A DNA stretch of 64,000 bases from Armatimonadetes bacterium UBA5352 (GCA_002411015.1 DHPY01000042.1:11103-75102), one strand, 5' to 3'. Counted from the first letter of the stretch, positions 17,592 to 28,210 are shown. Translations and numbers: made by a program. Notes: generated from the sequence alone by a model not told the origin.

Positions 17592-20500
17592 ATGACGCGG
17601 TACCTGATCGCGCTGATTCTGCTCTCGGGTGTGGCCGCATCCGCCCAGAGCACGTTCTTCTATGGTTTCGAGCAGTCCGGGGAGTTCGCTCAGTACGAGG
17701 GGCTGCAGAGCCCCGATGCCACTGCCGAGATCGTCGCGCCCGGCGCGGATGGCGATGGCCACTGCGTGCGCTTGACCTCGCGCGACCGCACGCGCTACTG
17801 CACCCTGAGCATCGCCGGGCCGATGCCGGTGGTCAAGAACCTCGTGCTCTCGTTCGACTATCGCGCGGAGATCGAGGAAGGCGTCACCGCCAACTACCTC
17901 GGCATCCTGTTCTTCTACGAGGACAACTCGCAGTTCGGCCGCTTCGATCAGCCCTTCACGGACGAGTGGCGGCATGTGGAGGTCCCGATAGCAGGGCTGA
18001 CTTCGCCGAATGACGGCGTGCTGGCGGTGGGCCGGGAGTTCGCGAGGCTCAACCTCTACGGCCGCGCCCCCGACGAGGGCGCGCTCATGACCGTCTGGCT
18101 CGACAACATCCGTCTGGAGGTCGCGGAGGCCAGTACCGCCATCAGCGAGCGCGTCGAGACCTCATACGCGAACCCGCCGATGTTCACCTGGGCGCTCGCT
18201 CCCGGGGAGAGCAGCGGTCAGAGCCGCCTGCAGTACTCGCGGTCGCCGGAGTTCCCCGAGGCCGAAACAGTCACCGTCACCACCGACTGGAGCTTCCACA
18301 CCCCGCCCGCGCCGCTTGAATCGGGCGAGTGGTTCTGGCGCGTCTACTCGGAGACTGAGCTGACCGAGGGCTGGGGCGAGATCCGCCGCCTGCTCATCCC
18401 GGAGGAGGCCCATCGGTTCGCGACACCGCCGGTGGATGCGGAGGCCGTGGCGGCGCTTCCTCGCCCGCGGCTGATTGATCTTGCCGCCGAACGGGCGGCG
18501 CTCGATGACGCCGGCATCGCGAGTCTCATCGCGCAAGCCCGGGCATCGGCGCAGCAGCCGATCCCCGAGGACCCGCCGATCTGGGTGGAGGGCGATGAGC
18601 GCTGGCCCGCGTGGATCGACTGGTATGGCAAGGTGCACGGTGGCATCACCAGCCGCACCGGTAGCCGCCTGGAGGTCATCGCGCAGCAGGCCGCCATCGC
18701 CAACAGCGATGAGGTGCGCGACTGGACGCTGGAGCTTGCGCTTGCGGTGGCGGCCTGGGATCCGCAGGGCGGCAGCTCAGTGGATCGCGGCGACATCGGC
18801 GCCCAGCACGTCCTGCGCGGGCTGAACGCCGCCTACGATGTACTGCGCGACTACGCCAGCGAGGAGGACCTGGCGACCATCCGCGGGGCGCTGATCGAGC
18901 GCGCGGAGGGCTTCAGGGCGAGGCTCCTGCCGCTGCGGGGCGATCCGCAGAACAACCACGCCTGGCTGTGCGCGCTCGCGCTGGGCCAGAGCGGCCTGGT
19001 GCTCATCGGCGACTACGAGCCCGCGCACGAGTGGGCGGAGTACATCCGGCAGCTCTACCTCGGCCAGTTCCTCTCAGGCCTCGGCTTCGATGGCGACAAC
19101 AATGAGGGCCTCAGCTACTGGTCCTACGGCCTGGGCTTTGTCATCGAGTACGCGGACATGATGCGCACGGTCTGCGGCATAGACCTCTACCAGCAGCCGT
19201 GGCTGAACCAGACCGGCCGCTTCCCGATGTACTGCGCACCGCCCAGCGCGTGGGGAGTGTCGTTCGCCGATACCGGTCTGCCGAACCACGGCATCAAGGG
19301 CCCCTACAGCCAGAGATACGTGCGGGAGCTTGGCGAGCGGACCGGCGACCCCTACGCGCTCTGGTACGGCGGCGCGCAGGACCCGGTGGACGGCATCTCC
19401 CCGCAGCCTCCGGTGGACTTGCCGCAGTCGCGTCATTACCGGCTCATCGGCCTCGGCGTGGCCAACACCTCGCTGGTTGACGGCCGTGAGGGCGTCACCG
19501 TCGCCATGCACTCAGGACAGTATCAGGCCGGCCACCAGCACGCCGACCAGAACGCCTTCGTCATCAACGCCTACGGGGAGAAGCTGGCGATCGACTCGGG
19601 CTACTACGACTGGTACGGGAGCCCGCACTTCAAGGAGTACTCGACGAAGACCGAGGCCCACAACAGCATCCTCGTCGGCGGCAACGGCCAGGCGGTCTTC
19701 CGCAATGGCGCCGATGGCCGCATGTCGGCGTGGTTCGATGGCGCCGGGCACACCTGGATGGTCGGCGACGCCTCCGATCCGGATGTCTACGATGGGAAGC
19801 TGACGCGCTTCGACCGGCGCATCCTCTTCATCAAGCCGGGAGTCGTCGTGATGCATGACCTGCTGGCGGCGCCGGAGCCCGCGAGCTTCCAGTGGCTACT
19901 GCATACTGCCGCGCCGATCGAGCTTGACGAGACGCGACAGGCGCTCGATGTGGTCTCAGGCGAGGCGGCGATGGGCGCGGTGATGCTGCGCCCGGCCGGG
20001 CTCTCCTTCGGCATCACCGACCGCTATCCCGTCCATCCGTACACGGGCTATGGGACGGTGCTTGTGCCGGAGGATGAACTCGCGCAGGAGTGGCACCTGC
20101 GGGCCGAGGCGCCCGCAGCCAGCGAGCGGGAGTTCCTGACGGTCTTCGACATCCGCCGCAGCGGTGACGAGGCGGCTTCTACCCGCGAGATCGCCTGCGA
20201 GGGCGGCATCGGGCTGCAGGTGACACGGAACGCTGAGCGGACGACCGTGCTCCTCGCGCCAGATCGCGACCCGGTGGCTCTCTCCTCGGAGTATCTGCAG
20301 GCCGATGCTGAGAGCGCCTCCGTGACCACCGATGGCGGCGCAGTGACCTCTGCCTGCGCCATACAGGCGGACGGCCTTCGCTGGCGCGGAGAGGTGCTGC
20401 TCGCGACCGACGGTGCGCGCGCTGACTGCAGCCTCGTGGTGACTGAGCAGGGGAACGTGGCGGAGATCGCGCTTGCCGAGCCGACGACCGTGCGCCTCAT

Positions 20501-21419
20501 GGCGCGGCCCGGACGGCTGATCGTTGATGGCGAGCCGACGGCGGCGCGTTCGACGGCCAGAGAGCCGCTCAGTCTCTCACTGGCGGCCGGCTCGCACACG
20601 ATCGCCTGGGGCGGCCGGCCTGAGCAGGCGCTCTCGCACGCGCTGGAGCCGCTGGAGATCCGCCTCGGAGACAAGGCCTCTCAGCTTCAGGGCTATGCGC
20701 GACGCGATGTGCGCGACCTCCGCAGCTACTGGTGGGGACCTGTCGAGCTGCCGACCGCCGATCGCTATGAACTGCGCATCGAGGCCGCAGGTGAGGCGCC
20801 GCGCGTGACGTGGGATGGGCGAGGCGTGGAGCTCACCCCGGATGGCGACGCGCTGGTGAGCGTGCTCTGGGACCAGCCCGGCGCGCACCACATGACGATC
20901 AGCGCCGCGAAGCCGCTGAGGTCAGTCACGCTCACGCCGCAGCATGCCAGCACTACGGCTGCGGAGATGCTGCCGAAGGAGTGGGCGCCGCCGGCAGGAG
21001 CGGTCCTGCACGAGGCCGAGGACACCGCCGAAGAGGGCGCGATCAGGGGGCTCGTGGTGGAGAAGATCGGCGCGTCCGGCGGCGTCGCGCATACTACCTG
21101 GGACAGCCCCGGTCAGTGGGCCACGTGGCGGATCGAGGTGCCCGCTGAGGGCAACTACGAGCTGCTGATCCGCACCGCAAGCGTCTACGACCGCATCGCC
21201 CGCAGCCTGGAGCTTGACGGGGAGCTGCTGCAGATCGCCTCATTCGGCTCGACCGGCGGCTGGTGCCGCGCAACCGACGACTGGCGCTGGTTCCGCCCGA
21301 TGGCCGAGGACGGGGAGCCGCTCACGATCCATCTCACACGGGGCACGCACCTGTTGCGCATGGAGATGCTCACGGGCTCGATGAACCTCGACCTGTTCGC
21401 GCTGGTGCCGGCTCGGTAG
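17592..21419 (+). CDS. secreted heparinase II/III-like polysaccharide-lyase-like protein with C-terminal CBM-like domain
   Basis: GAGGAG 9 nt before the ATG. Signal peptide MTRYLIALILLSGVAASAQS. Heparinase II/III-type motif HQHADQNAFVINAYGEKLAIDSGYY. C-terminal CBM6/35-like block (GQWATWRIEVPAEGNYELLIRTAS). Confidence 0.8.
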   Translation: MTRYLIALILLSGVAASAQSTFFYGFEQSGEFAQYEGLQSPDATAEIVAPGADGDGHCVRLTSRDRTRYCTLSIAGPMPVVKNLVLSFDYRAEIEEGVTANYLGILFFYEDNSQFGRFDQPFTDEWRHVEVPIAGLTSPNDGVLAVGREFARLNLYGRAPDEGALMTVWLDNIRLEVAEASTAISERVETSYANPPMFTWALAPGESSGQSRLQYSRSPEFPEAETVTVTTDWSFHTPPAPLESGEWFWRVYSETELTEGWGEIRRLLIPEEAHRFATPPVDAEAVAALPRPRLIDLAAERAALDDAGIASLIAQARASAQQPIPEDPPIWVEGDERWPAWIDWYGKVHGGITSRTGSRLEVIAQQAAIANSDEVRDWTLELALAVAAWDPQGGSSVDRGDIGAQHVLRGLNAAYDVLRDYASEEDLATIRGALIERAEGFRARLLPLRGDPQNNHAWLCALALGQSGLVLIGDYEPAHEWAEYIRQLYLGQFLSGLGFDGDNNEGLSYWSYGLGFVIEYADMMRTVCGIDLYQQPWLNQTGRFPMYCAPPSAWGVSFADTGLPNHGIKGPYSQRYVRELGERTGDPYALWYGGAQDPVDGISPQPPVDLPQSRHYRLIGLGVANTSLVDGREGVTVAMHSGQYQAGHQHADQNAFVINAYGEKLAIDSGYYDWYGSPHFKEYSTKTEAHNSILVGGNGQAVFRNGADGRMSAWFDGAGHTWMVGDASDPDVYDGKLTRFDRRILFIKPGVVVMHDLLAAPEPASFQWLLHTAAPIELDETRQALDVVSGEAAMGAVMLRPAGLSFGITDRYPVHPYTGYGTVLVPEDELAQEWHLRAEAPAASEREFLTVFDIRRSGDEAASTREIACEGGIGLQVTRNAERTTVLLAPDRDPVALSSEYLQADAESASVTTDGGAVTSACAIQADGLRWRGEVLLATDGARADCSLVVTEQGNVAEIALAEPTTVRLMARPGRLIVDGEPTAARSTAREPLSLSLAAGSHTIAWGGRPEQALSHALEPLEIRLGDKASQLQGYARRDVRDLRSYWWGPVELPTADRYELRIEAAGEAPRVTWDGRGVELTPDGDALVSVLWDQPGAHHMTISAAKPLRSVTLTPQHASTTAAEMLPKEWAPPAGAVLHEAEDTAEEGAIRGLVVEKIGASGGVAHTTWDSPGQWATWRIEVPAEGNYELLIRTASVYDRIARSLELDGELLQIASFGSTGGWCRATDDWRWFRPMAEDGEPLTIHLTRGTHLLRMEMLTGSMNLDLFALVPAR

Positions 21420-21690
21420 CCCCACGGCTTGATCGAGAGGAAGGCCAAGTACCCATGCTCGCCGCTCGCGGGATCATCATGGCGCTGCTGGCCACGCTCG
21501 CATCGCGGTCCCTCGGGGCGCAGTGCTACCTGTCGCCGAGGACAGCGGCGCCCCCCCCGGGACCGCTATGGCGCCGTGGCGGAGCATCGCGCAGGCCAAC
21601 GCCATGCTGCAGCCCGGCGACGAGGCGATCTTCCTGCCCGGCGATCACCCCGGGCTCAGCCCGAGCGGTCAGGCGGTGCGGGGGCGCCGA

Positions 21691-22842
21691 TCACTTGCCG
21701 CCCTCCAGCAGCCACTGTTCGTCGAAGATGGCCATGTCGAGGTCCGACGTCATCGGGCGGACGGCGCGGTAGTGGCTGATGCCGAGCAGGATGCAGCCAT
21801 CATCAAGCTGGATCAGCCCATGGTTGCTGAGCTGGTTCGTGCCGCTCTCCTCAGCGATCACGCGCGGCTCGCTCCAGCTTGCGCCACCGTCGGAGCAGAT
21901 CGCCGCCACGAGCGGGTAGCGTGGCCGCTGCGTGATGGAGGAGACGTTATTCCACACGAGCAGCAGCCTGCCGCTGCGGAGGTGGATCATGCGCGCCATC
22001 GACTCCGGCGCGGTAAGCGCTGACGGCCCCGGCGCGCTCCAGCTCTCGCCGCCATCCACGGAGACGGTCTGGTACAGGCAGCCGGCTTTCGTGCGCAGGA
22101 GGCAGAGGAGCCGGTCTGGCGCGACCTCGACGATCTGCGGCTCCATCGCCCCGCGAGGCGTGTCGGTGGTGAACTCGCTGCTGCGACGCCAGGTGAGGCC
22201 GCCATCATCTGAGAGCAGGCAGCCGGTAGTGAAGTGCTGCTGGCCTGTGGCAACGTCGGCGCGTATCGGGTCCATGAACATGAAGGCGATGAGCACACGC
22301 CCGCTCGCAAGGTGGATCGCGGCCTCCACTGAGCCGTAGCAGCCGCCGCCGGGCAGCTCTTTGCCGCCGGTGAGCAGGGCGCAGGGCAACTCCTCGCCGC
22401 GATCGAAGGTCCTCCCGCCGTCCACGGAGCGACGCACGGTCACACTGGTACGTACCGCGAAGTAGTTGCTGCCCGCGATGGCGACCCGGCGCTGCGGGTC
22501 TACCTCGATGTGATGCCGGGTCTGCGTGACGAACATCAGCGCGCTGTCGCCGCCCAGGCGAAGCAGCAGCGGCATCATCGGCCCTCCGGAGTAATCCGCC
22601 AGGAACACCTGTGGCTCTGACCAGCTCAGGCCGCGATCGCGCGAGACGCTGTAGAACGTGACGGAATCCTGCGAGCACTCATCGTAGTCGTAGGCCGACC
22701 AGTGCACCATGACGTCGCCATCGGGGAACTGGTGGAAGCCGGGGTTCTGATGGTAGTCGGCGACCACGCTCCCGCGCAGGAAGCAGAAGTACTCGAGCTT
22801 CCCGGGCGTGTAGGTCAGCGGTGCGATCTGCGCGCTCTTCAT
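21691..22842 (-). CDS. BNR/Asp-box repeat glycosidase (sialidase-like), apparently cytoplasmic
   Basis: Five S-x-D-x-G-x-T-W Asp-box repeats (SRDRGLSWS, SVDGGRTF, SDDGGLTW, SVDGGESWS, SDGGASWS). Start trimmed to MKSAQIAP at 22842 with GGAGGT upstream. The longer upstream extension in the ORF track is Arg/Ser-rich and non-protein-like. Confidence 0.75.
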   Translation of the reverse strand: MKSAQIAPLTYTPGKLEYFCFLRGSVVADYHQNPGFHQFPDGDVMVHWSAYDYDECSQDSVTFYSVSRDRGLSWSEPQVFLADYSGGPMMPLLLRLGGDSALMFVTQTRHHIEVDPQRRVAIAGSNYFAVRTSVTVRRSVDGGRTFDRGEELPCALLTGGKELPGGGCYGSVEAAIHLASGRVLIAFMFMDPIRADVATGQQHFTTGCLLSDDGGLTWRRSSEFTTDTPRGAMEPQIVEVAPDRLLCLLRTKAGCLYQTVSVDGGESWSAPGPSALTAPESMARMIHLRSGRLLLVWNNVSSITQRPRYPLVAAICSDGGASWSEPRVIAEESGTNQLSNHGLIQLDDGCILLGISHYRAVRPMTSDLDMAIFDEQWLLEGGK

Positions 22843-22999
22843 CTCCGCGGCACCTCCAGAGTGGCCATCAGCCGGCCCCGCCCCGCTTCGCCGCCTGCGG
22901 AGGCCGTTCCTCTGTGCGTGAGGCGCAGGTCGCGGCTTCTCCCCCGGCGAAGGCGAGACCCCGTGTCCGTAAGGCTTGAAGCATGAGGGAGCTCCGGCG

Positions 23000-24130
23000 A
23001 TGATCACGCGCACCGGACTGGACGTTCTGGCCGCAGAGGGCTGCAGCACGCTGATTGGTCCCGCTATCGGGCTCATCGCGAACCACACCGCAGTCACCGC
23101 CGACCGGCGGCATATCGTGGACGTGCTGCATGAGGCGGGCGCCAACCTGCGCGCGCTGTTCGGGCCCGAGCACGGCATTCGCGGCGAGCTTGACGAGGTG
23201 CTGAGGGTCACATCCAGCACGGACCCGGCCACCGGCCTGCCGGTGCACAGCCTCTACTCCTCAGTGCAGCGGCCGACGCTCGAGATGCTTGAGGGCATAG
23301 AGATGCTGGTCTTCGACATCGCGGACGTCGGCGTGCGCTTCTACACCTACACCACCACGATGGTCTACTGCATGGAAGAGGCCGCGCGCGCGGGAATCGG
23401 CTTCGTGGTGCTGGACCGGCCGAACCCGATCACCGGCTCCCGCGTGGAGGGCCCGGTGCTCGATCCGGCCTTCCGGAAGCTCTCGGCATACCACCCCGTG
23501 CCCACGCGGCACGGCCTGACCGCCGGCGAGCTGGCGCTGCTCGCAAACAGCGAGTATGGCATCGGCTGCGAGCTTGAGGTGGTCCCCTGCGAGGGGTGGC
23601 GCCGCGAGATGTGGTTCGACGAGACCGGCCTCCCATGGGTGAACCCATCGCCGAACCTGCGCAACCTCACCCAGGCGACGCTCTATCCGGCTATCGGGGG
23701 CTTCGAGGCCTCGGAGGTCTCGGTCGGTCGAGGCACAGACAGCCCGTTCGAGCTGTTCGGAGCGCCCTTCATGGACGGAGGGCAGGTTGCCGCGCGGCTC
23801 AATGCGCTCGAGGAGATGCACCTGCGCTTCGTGCCGATCGAGTTCACGCCGCGGTCTTCCCGCTTCGCCGAGCAGCGATGCTCGGGCTGCTTCGTCTTCA
23901 CGACCGAGCGCGAGCGCCTCCGGCCAGTTGAGGCGAACGTACGCATCGCATGCGAGCTGGCGGCGCTCTACCCGGAGGAGTTCGACATGCGGCGCAGCGA
24001 GTGGCTCGTGGGCGGCCTCCCGGTGGCGGAAGCGATCCAGGCCGGCGCCCCGGCGGATGAAGTCATCGCAGGATGGCAGGCGGCGCTGGAGGAGTACATG
24101 CAACGCCGGGAGCGCTGCCTCCTCTACTGA
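23000..24130 (+). CDS. DUF1343 family protein (exo-beta-N-acetylmuramidase NamZ-like)
   Basis: N-terminal GLIANHTAV..LFGPEHGIRG signature of DUF1343/NamZ. ATG at 23000 with GAGGGAG 8 nt upstream. Confidence 0.75.
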   Translation: MITRTGLDVLAAEGCSTLIGPAIGLIANHTAVTADRRHIVDVLHEAGANLRALFGPEHGIRGELDEVLRVTSSTDPATGLPVHSLYSSVQRPTLEMLEGIEMLVFDIADVGVRFYTYTTTMVYCMEEAARAGIGFVVLDRPNPITGSRVEGPVLDPAFRKLSAYHPVPTRHGLTAGELALLANSEYGIGCELEVVPCEGWRREMWFDETGLPWVNPSPNLRNLTQATLYPAIGGFEASEVSVGRGTDSPFELFGAPFMDGGQVAARLNALEEMHLRFVPIEFTPRSSRFAEQRCSGCFVFTTERERLRPVEANVRIACELAALYPEEFDMRRSEWLVGGLPVAEAIQAGAPADEVIAGWQAALEEYMQRRERCLLY

Positions 24131-24585
24131 CCTGATCGCAGCAGGAGGCGCGCGCCGCCGTTGAAGGCTATGAGCAGCGGTCCTTGGCCGCCCCGGTGGC
24201 GCTGGGCAGGCCATGCCCCGACTCGCAGGCAGCGATCCACCGCGGAGGGATTCTGATGCACGGACTCGCCCGGATGGCGACGGGGCGTGGAGTTGTCCGC
24301 ACGATGATCGGACCGCACAGGCGACCACGCCGGCCGCGGACACGCGTCAGACCACTCGCTGGATGTGGCTCTTCATCGGATCCATCATGGCCTCGACGAT
24401 CGTTCGCAATGCGGTGCTCGCGGCCAGGACGTCGGAGGGTCAGCGGTCCATCGGCGCCGCGACGGGTGTAAGCGCGAACTGAGCCCGGCCGAGGCCCGGG
24501 CCCTCGTCTTGGCACTACGCACGGGCCGCGTCGAGCCGCCGCTGTTCGAGTGGCGGCTCTGAACCCAGATCAGCCGCTGTGCATC

Positions 24586-27273
24586 TCACCTGGGCACGTG
24601 CGTAAGGTGTGCCACGGCCGGCGCGGTGATTGTGTGCTGGCCGGTGTAGGTCGCGTGGGGCAGGAAGGTGAAGCTGCTCGCCGAGGCGTCCGCATCCCAC
24701 GTGAAGCCCGGATCGTCGGTCAGCGTCAGCAGCGTACTCTCAGCAGCTGCTGTCGCCGAGGTGACGGTGAAGGCCGACGTGCGCTCGCCCGCATGGTCGA
24801 GCATGACCACGGTCCCCGGTGGCACGCTCAGCTCACCCGCAACGCGCATCGTGCGGGCGGCGCGGTCGACCTCCAGCAGCGCGTGCTCCGCCGAGACATC
24901 GGCCTGAGGCTGCAGCTCCCCGAAGGTCAGCTCACCCGCGACGACGGTCGCGGAGGGCGCGCCACCATCGGACACGCGCAGGACCACCAGTTCGGCGTCG
25001 GCCGAGAGGTCGCGTCCCAGCCACGTCGCCTGCAGGCCACGCGCATCGAAGAGCACGAGGTCGCGGCGACCCTCCAGCGTGATCTCCAGCGCGGTGGCGA
25101 CGCCCTCAAGCGGCAGCACGCGTACGCTCTCGATCCGCGGCGCGTCGCCGACCGGCTCGATAATGCTGGAGAAACCCGACTGCCCTCCGGTGCGCCTGAG
25201 CAGCGCGAATGGCCGCGTGTGATCGGTGAGGCCGGTGTCGTTCTCGCCAGCACGGCGGATGGAGATGTTGCGCCCGGTGGACAACTCATCGCCGGGCTCG
25301 ACGAGCATGTGCGCCCGCAGAGCTGGAGCGCCGTCCTCCATCCGGTACTCCGCGGTGATGAGCCGCCTGTCTCCGATCTGCGTGCCGGTGACGTCCTGCA
25401 GATAGCCGTAAGCCCAGCCGCGGACGGCCATCTTCCCCAGGTCGCCCTCGTTCTGCGAGGGAGTGAACTCCACGCCTTCGGGCAGAAGAGTCTCGCGGGG
25501 CTGCAGCGCCGGCACCGGCTCGTCGCCCGAAGGCAGCAGCGTCAGTGTCTGCGGCTCATCGGCACAGCCGTGGAGGAAGTAGTCGTGGGTCTCGCCGCCT
25601 TCCACCTGGAAGCGGTCGACCAGGTAGCTCGTGGTTCCGTCGATGGCGACGGAGACGAGAGTGCGGCGGAACTGCGTCGCGCGGTCCGGGTAGACCGACG
25701 GATTGTCCACTGAGAGAAGCTGGCAGGCCGGATCGGAGGCATCGAAGTAGCGCAGCGAGCCGAAGGCGCCGCCATCCGCGACCTGGTTCTCCTGATCTAT
25801 AAGGACGGTGCTATGCGCGGCCGAGACGAGGCTCCAGGCGCGGCCCTTGGTGTGCGTGTAGCCGATATCCGAGAGCAACTCGCGCCCGTTGGCGAAGAGA
25901 ATCAGGCTGAGGCCGTCGTAGTGCTGATGGCCGAGGCCCGGCGACCATGTCAGGTGCGCCTGGAACTGGTTGTCGCCCTCGCCTCGCGCAAGGCAGCCGT
26001 GGCCGAGAGCCGGCAGCAGGAATGCGTCGGAGGCCTCGCGCGCGCTACGCCGGTTCGTTGACCAGGTGTCATGCACGGGGACGAGGCGGCCGTTGGGCAG
26101 GCGCATGGTGTCGAGCCATGTGCGAGCACTGGCCACGATCGGGAAGCTGTCTGGGATGTCGAGGTTGTCGAAGCGCCGACCGGTCTCGGGGTGGAGGTAG
26201 CCGGGCGGATCGGAGTAGCCCGCCGCAGCCGAGAAGACCTGGGCGAGGCCGCCGACCACCTGCGAGTGATATGACGGCGCGCCCTCCTGCCAGGAGCCGT
26301 CGGCGAAGAAGCGGACCGTCATCAGCCGCTCCAGGCGGTCGATGGCAACGTGGACGTACTCGGGGGTCTCCAGCGTCCGGCCGGCGTGAATGAAGTCGCG
26401 CCACATCCCGGGGCTCATGTTGTGCAGGTCGTCCCGGTTTGCGATCACCTGCGCGACCGCACCGTGGAAGAACCCCTCGATCTCGGCGGTCAGCGCTCCC
26501 TCTGCCTCAGCCTCCATCGCGGCGACGACATCGCTGGAGGCGATCTGGTCCCAGGCCTCGATCAGCAGCGATGGGATGTCGCCGTAGGCCCACCACGTCC
26601 AGCGGGCCGTGCGGTAGCCTCCGCGGAAGTCCTCAGGCGCCACATCGCCCTCGTAGATCTCCTTCTGGCGGAACGGGTAGTCGAAGTGATAGCAGTAGCC
26701 GGGCCAGACCTGCGCGAAGCGGTGGATGATCATTGCGCAGCGGCGCGCATAGTCGTCCTCACCGGTGATGAGGTAGAGCCGGGCGAGCGTGTTCGCGGCC
26801 GACTCCATGTACCTGATGCGGTGGTAGTCGATGCGCGCGGCGAAGTAGTGGCGATAGCCGTCAGCATCCTCCCAGTAGGGGTAGCGGTCCACGTTGCCCG
26901 CAGGATCAGTGACCTCCAGCACCCCGTCCATCGGGTACTGCTCGCTCGGGTAGGCGTGCCCGCAGTAGGAGCAGCGCATCTCGAGCGGGCTCAGCGGGCT
27001 CCATGCCTGATGCGGGCCGCCGCCGCCAAACTGCCCCTCCTGCCGCCCCTCGTCGCAATTCGGGCAGCCGACGAAGAAGAGGCCGGACTGTTCCGGGATC
27101 ATCTCCAGCATCTGCTCGGGTGATACGTCAAGCAGCGGCTGCACCCGCGCGCGGAGGCTCTGAAGCTGGTCGGCGCTGACGGATACGGGAACGATCGGAT
27201 GCTCGGCGCCCCACGTCGCGCCGGCTGCAATGAGGGCGAAGGTCAGGCACAGGACCGGCATGTGCGAGTGCAT
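24586..27273 (-). CDS. secreted heparinase II/III-like polysaccharide-lyase-like protein
   Basis: Start trimmed to MHSHMPVLCLTFALIAAGATWGA (signal peptide) at 27273 with GGGAGG 7 nt upstream. Motif GHQHYDGLSLILFANGRELLSDIGY..HSTVLID of the heparinase II/III family. Confidence 0.8.
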   Translation of the reverse strand: MHSHMPVLCLTFALIAAGATWGAEHPIVPVSVSADQLQSLRARVQPLLDVSPEQMLEMIPEQSGLFFVGCPNCDEGRQEGQFGGGGPHQAWSPLSPLEMRCSYCGHAYPSEQYPMDGVLEVTDPAGNVDRYPYWEDADGYRHYFAARIDYHRIRYMESAANTLARLYLITGEDDYARRCAMIIHRFAQVWPGYCYHFDYPFRQKEIYEGDVAPEDFRGGYRTARWTWWAYGDIPSLLIEAWDQIASSDVVAAMEAEAEGALTAEIEGFFHGAVAQVIANRDDLHNMSPGMWRDFIHAGRTLETPEYVHVAIDRLERLMTVRFFADGSWQEGAPSYHSQVVGGLAQVFSAAAGYSDPPGYLHPETGRRFDNLDIPDSFPIVASARTWLDTMRLPNGRLVPVHDTWSTNRRSAREASDAFLLPALGHGCLARGEGDNQFQAHLTWSPGLGHQHYDGLSLILFANGRELLSDIGYTHTKGRAWSLVSAAHSTVLIDQENQVADGGAFGSLRYFDASDPACQLLSVDNPSVYPDRATQFRRTLVSVAIDGTTSYLVDRFQVEGGETHDYFLHGCADEPQTLTLLPSGDEPVPALQPRETLLPEGVEFTPSQNEGDLGKMAVRGWAYGYLQDVTGTQIGDRRLITAEYRMEDGAPALRAHMLVEPGDELSTGRNISIRRAGENDTGLTDHTRPFALLRRTGGQSGFSSIIEPVGDAPRIESVRVLPLEGVATALEITLEGRRDLVLFDARGLQATWLGRDLSADAELVVLRVSDGGAPSATVVAGELTFGELQPQADVSAEHALLEVDRAARTMRVAGELSVPPGTVVMLDHAGERTSAFTVTSATAAAESTLLTLTDDPGFTWDADASASSFTFLPHATYTGQHTITAPAVAHLTHVPR

Positions 27274-27352
27274 GGTATGGCCTCCCCGGAAGCCCTGATC
27301 ATGGTGCTTCGGCGACCTGCGGCGCCGGCTCATGTCGCGGCAGGTGAGAGGC

Positions 27353-27383
27353 GGTTGGCCCCACCACCCCGGCGGGGCCAACC
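27353..27383 (-). terminator. GC-rich stem-loop downstream of the prepilin-like gene 27405..28061
   Basis: ggttggcccc..ggggccaacc, a perfect 10-bp inverted repeat 22 nt after the stop codon. No strong U-tract. Confidence 0.35.
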
Positions 27384-27404
27384 GCACCGCCGCTGCTACA
27401 TGCT

Positions 27405-28061
27405 TCAGTTGCTCGGGTCGTTGTCGAGGTTGATCTGGTAGTTGCTCATGGCCTCCGACTTCGCGTGTCCGTCGAAGTAGGCCACGTTGAACTGGTCGTT
27501 GTGCCTTGCGGCGTTGCGGATGACGCCCCGCAACTCCCCGCCGCTGCTGGACCTCTCGTAGACGAGCAACTGCGTGCACTCGACGACCATGCCGGTCTCA
27601 GCGGGGTACTGCACCTGCGCCATGGCGGCGCCACCCATGTTATGATTACTGCCGTAGCTGAGGGCGAAGGATCGACCGATGGACGACGGGTAGACACCGG
27701 TGGTGCTACCTGGGCGTTCGTCCCAGGTGGTTGAGTAGTAGGCGGACTGACCCCTGTCACTCGGGCACTTGAAGACCTGGGCGTTCTTCACGTAGGGCGA
27801 CAGTGCCTGGTACCAGACCCCGTCGGGGTTGCCGGCATTCATGCAGGCAGTCAGGTGGGCCGCGCTGGTCTGCCAGTGCGTCTCGTCGTAGTCCTGCATG
27901 TACATCATTCCGGCGGTGCCGAGCTGCTTGAGATTGCTCAGGCAGCTTGACTGCCGCGCCTTCTCACGGGCCCGTGCGAACACGGGGAACAGGATGGCGG
28001 CCAGGATCGCGATGATCGCGATGACCACCAGCAACTCGATGAGCGTGAATCCGCGTCTCAT
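27405..28061 (-). CDS. prepilin-type N-terminal cleavage/methylation domain protein (H-X9-DG family)
   Basis: [37 protein letters not shown] class-III leader plus hydrophobic helix. C-terminal [14 protein letters not shown] (H-X9-DG). AGGAG upstream of the ATG at 28061. Confidence 0.85.
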   Translation of the reverse strand: MRRGFTLIELLVVIAIIAILAAILFPVFARAREKARQSSCLSNLKQLGTAGMMYMQDYDETHWQTSAAHLTACMNAGNPDGVWYQALSPYVKNAQVFKCPSDRGQSAYYSTTWDERPGSTTGVYPSSIGRSFALSYGSNHNMGGAAMAQVQYPAETGMVVECTQLLVYERSSSGGELRGVIRNAARHNDQFNVAYFDGHAKSEAMSNYQINLDNDPSN

Positions 28062-28210
28062 AGTGGTATTCTCCTCTCGACAGTCGGGCTGCGCGTGCGC
28101 GCTCGCCGTCTTCGCACCGTCTACACAGAGGAGCTCGCGTAGGCCGGTTCGCGTGATACTTCGCCACTCATCCGTACACACCTCCGCCATGACCCATTCC
28201 GGACACCGAT

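Noticed and set aside
21523-22023. 166-aa plus-strand ORF overlapping the 3' end of the sialidase-like gene.
   Set aside because: Beyond about 21690 it is purely antisense to a well-supported gene and loses codon bias. Only its first ~55 codons are of interest (see the C8-tract finding).
22976-24130. ORF-track start (TTG at 22976) for the DUF1343 gene, and similar far-upstream track starts for 21691..23232, 24586..27579, 34346..35704, 35657..38902, 42243..43766 and 56956..60039.
   Set aside because: Upstream extensions are Arg-rich or low-complexity and lack RBS. Internal ATGs preceded by GGAGG-type Shine-Dalgarno sequences and followed by signal peptides or conserved N-terminal motifs were preferred.
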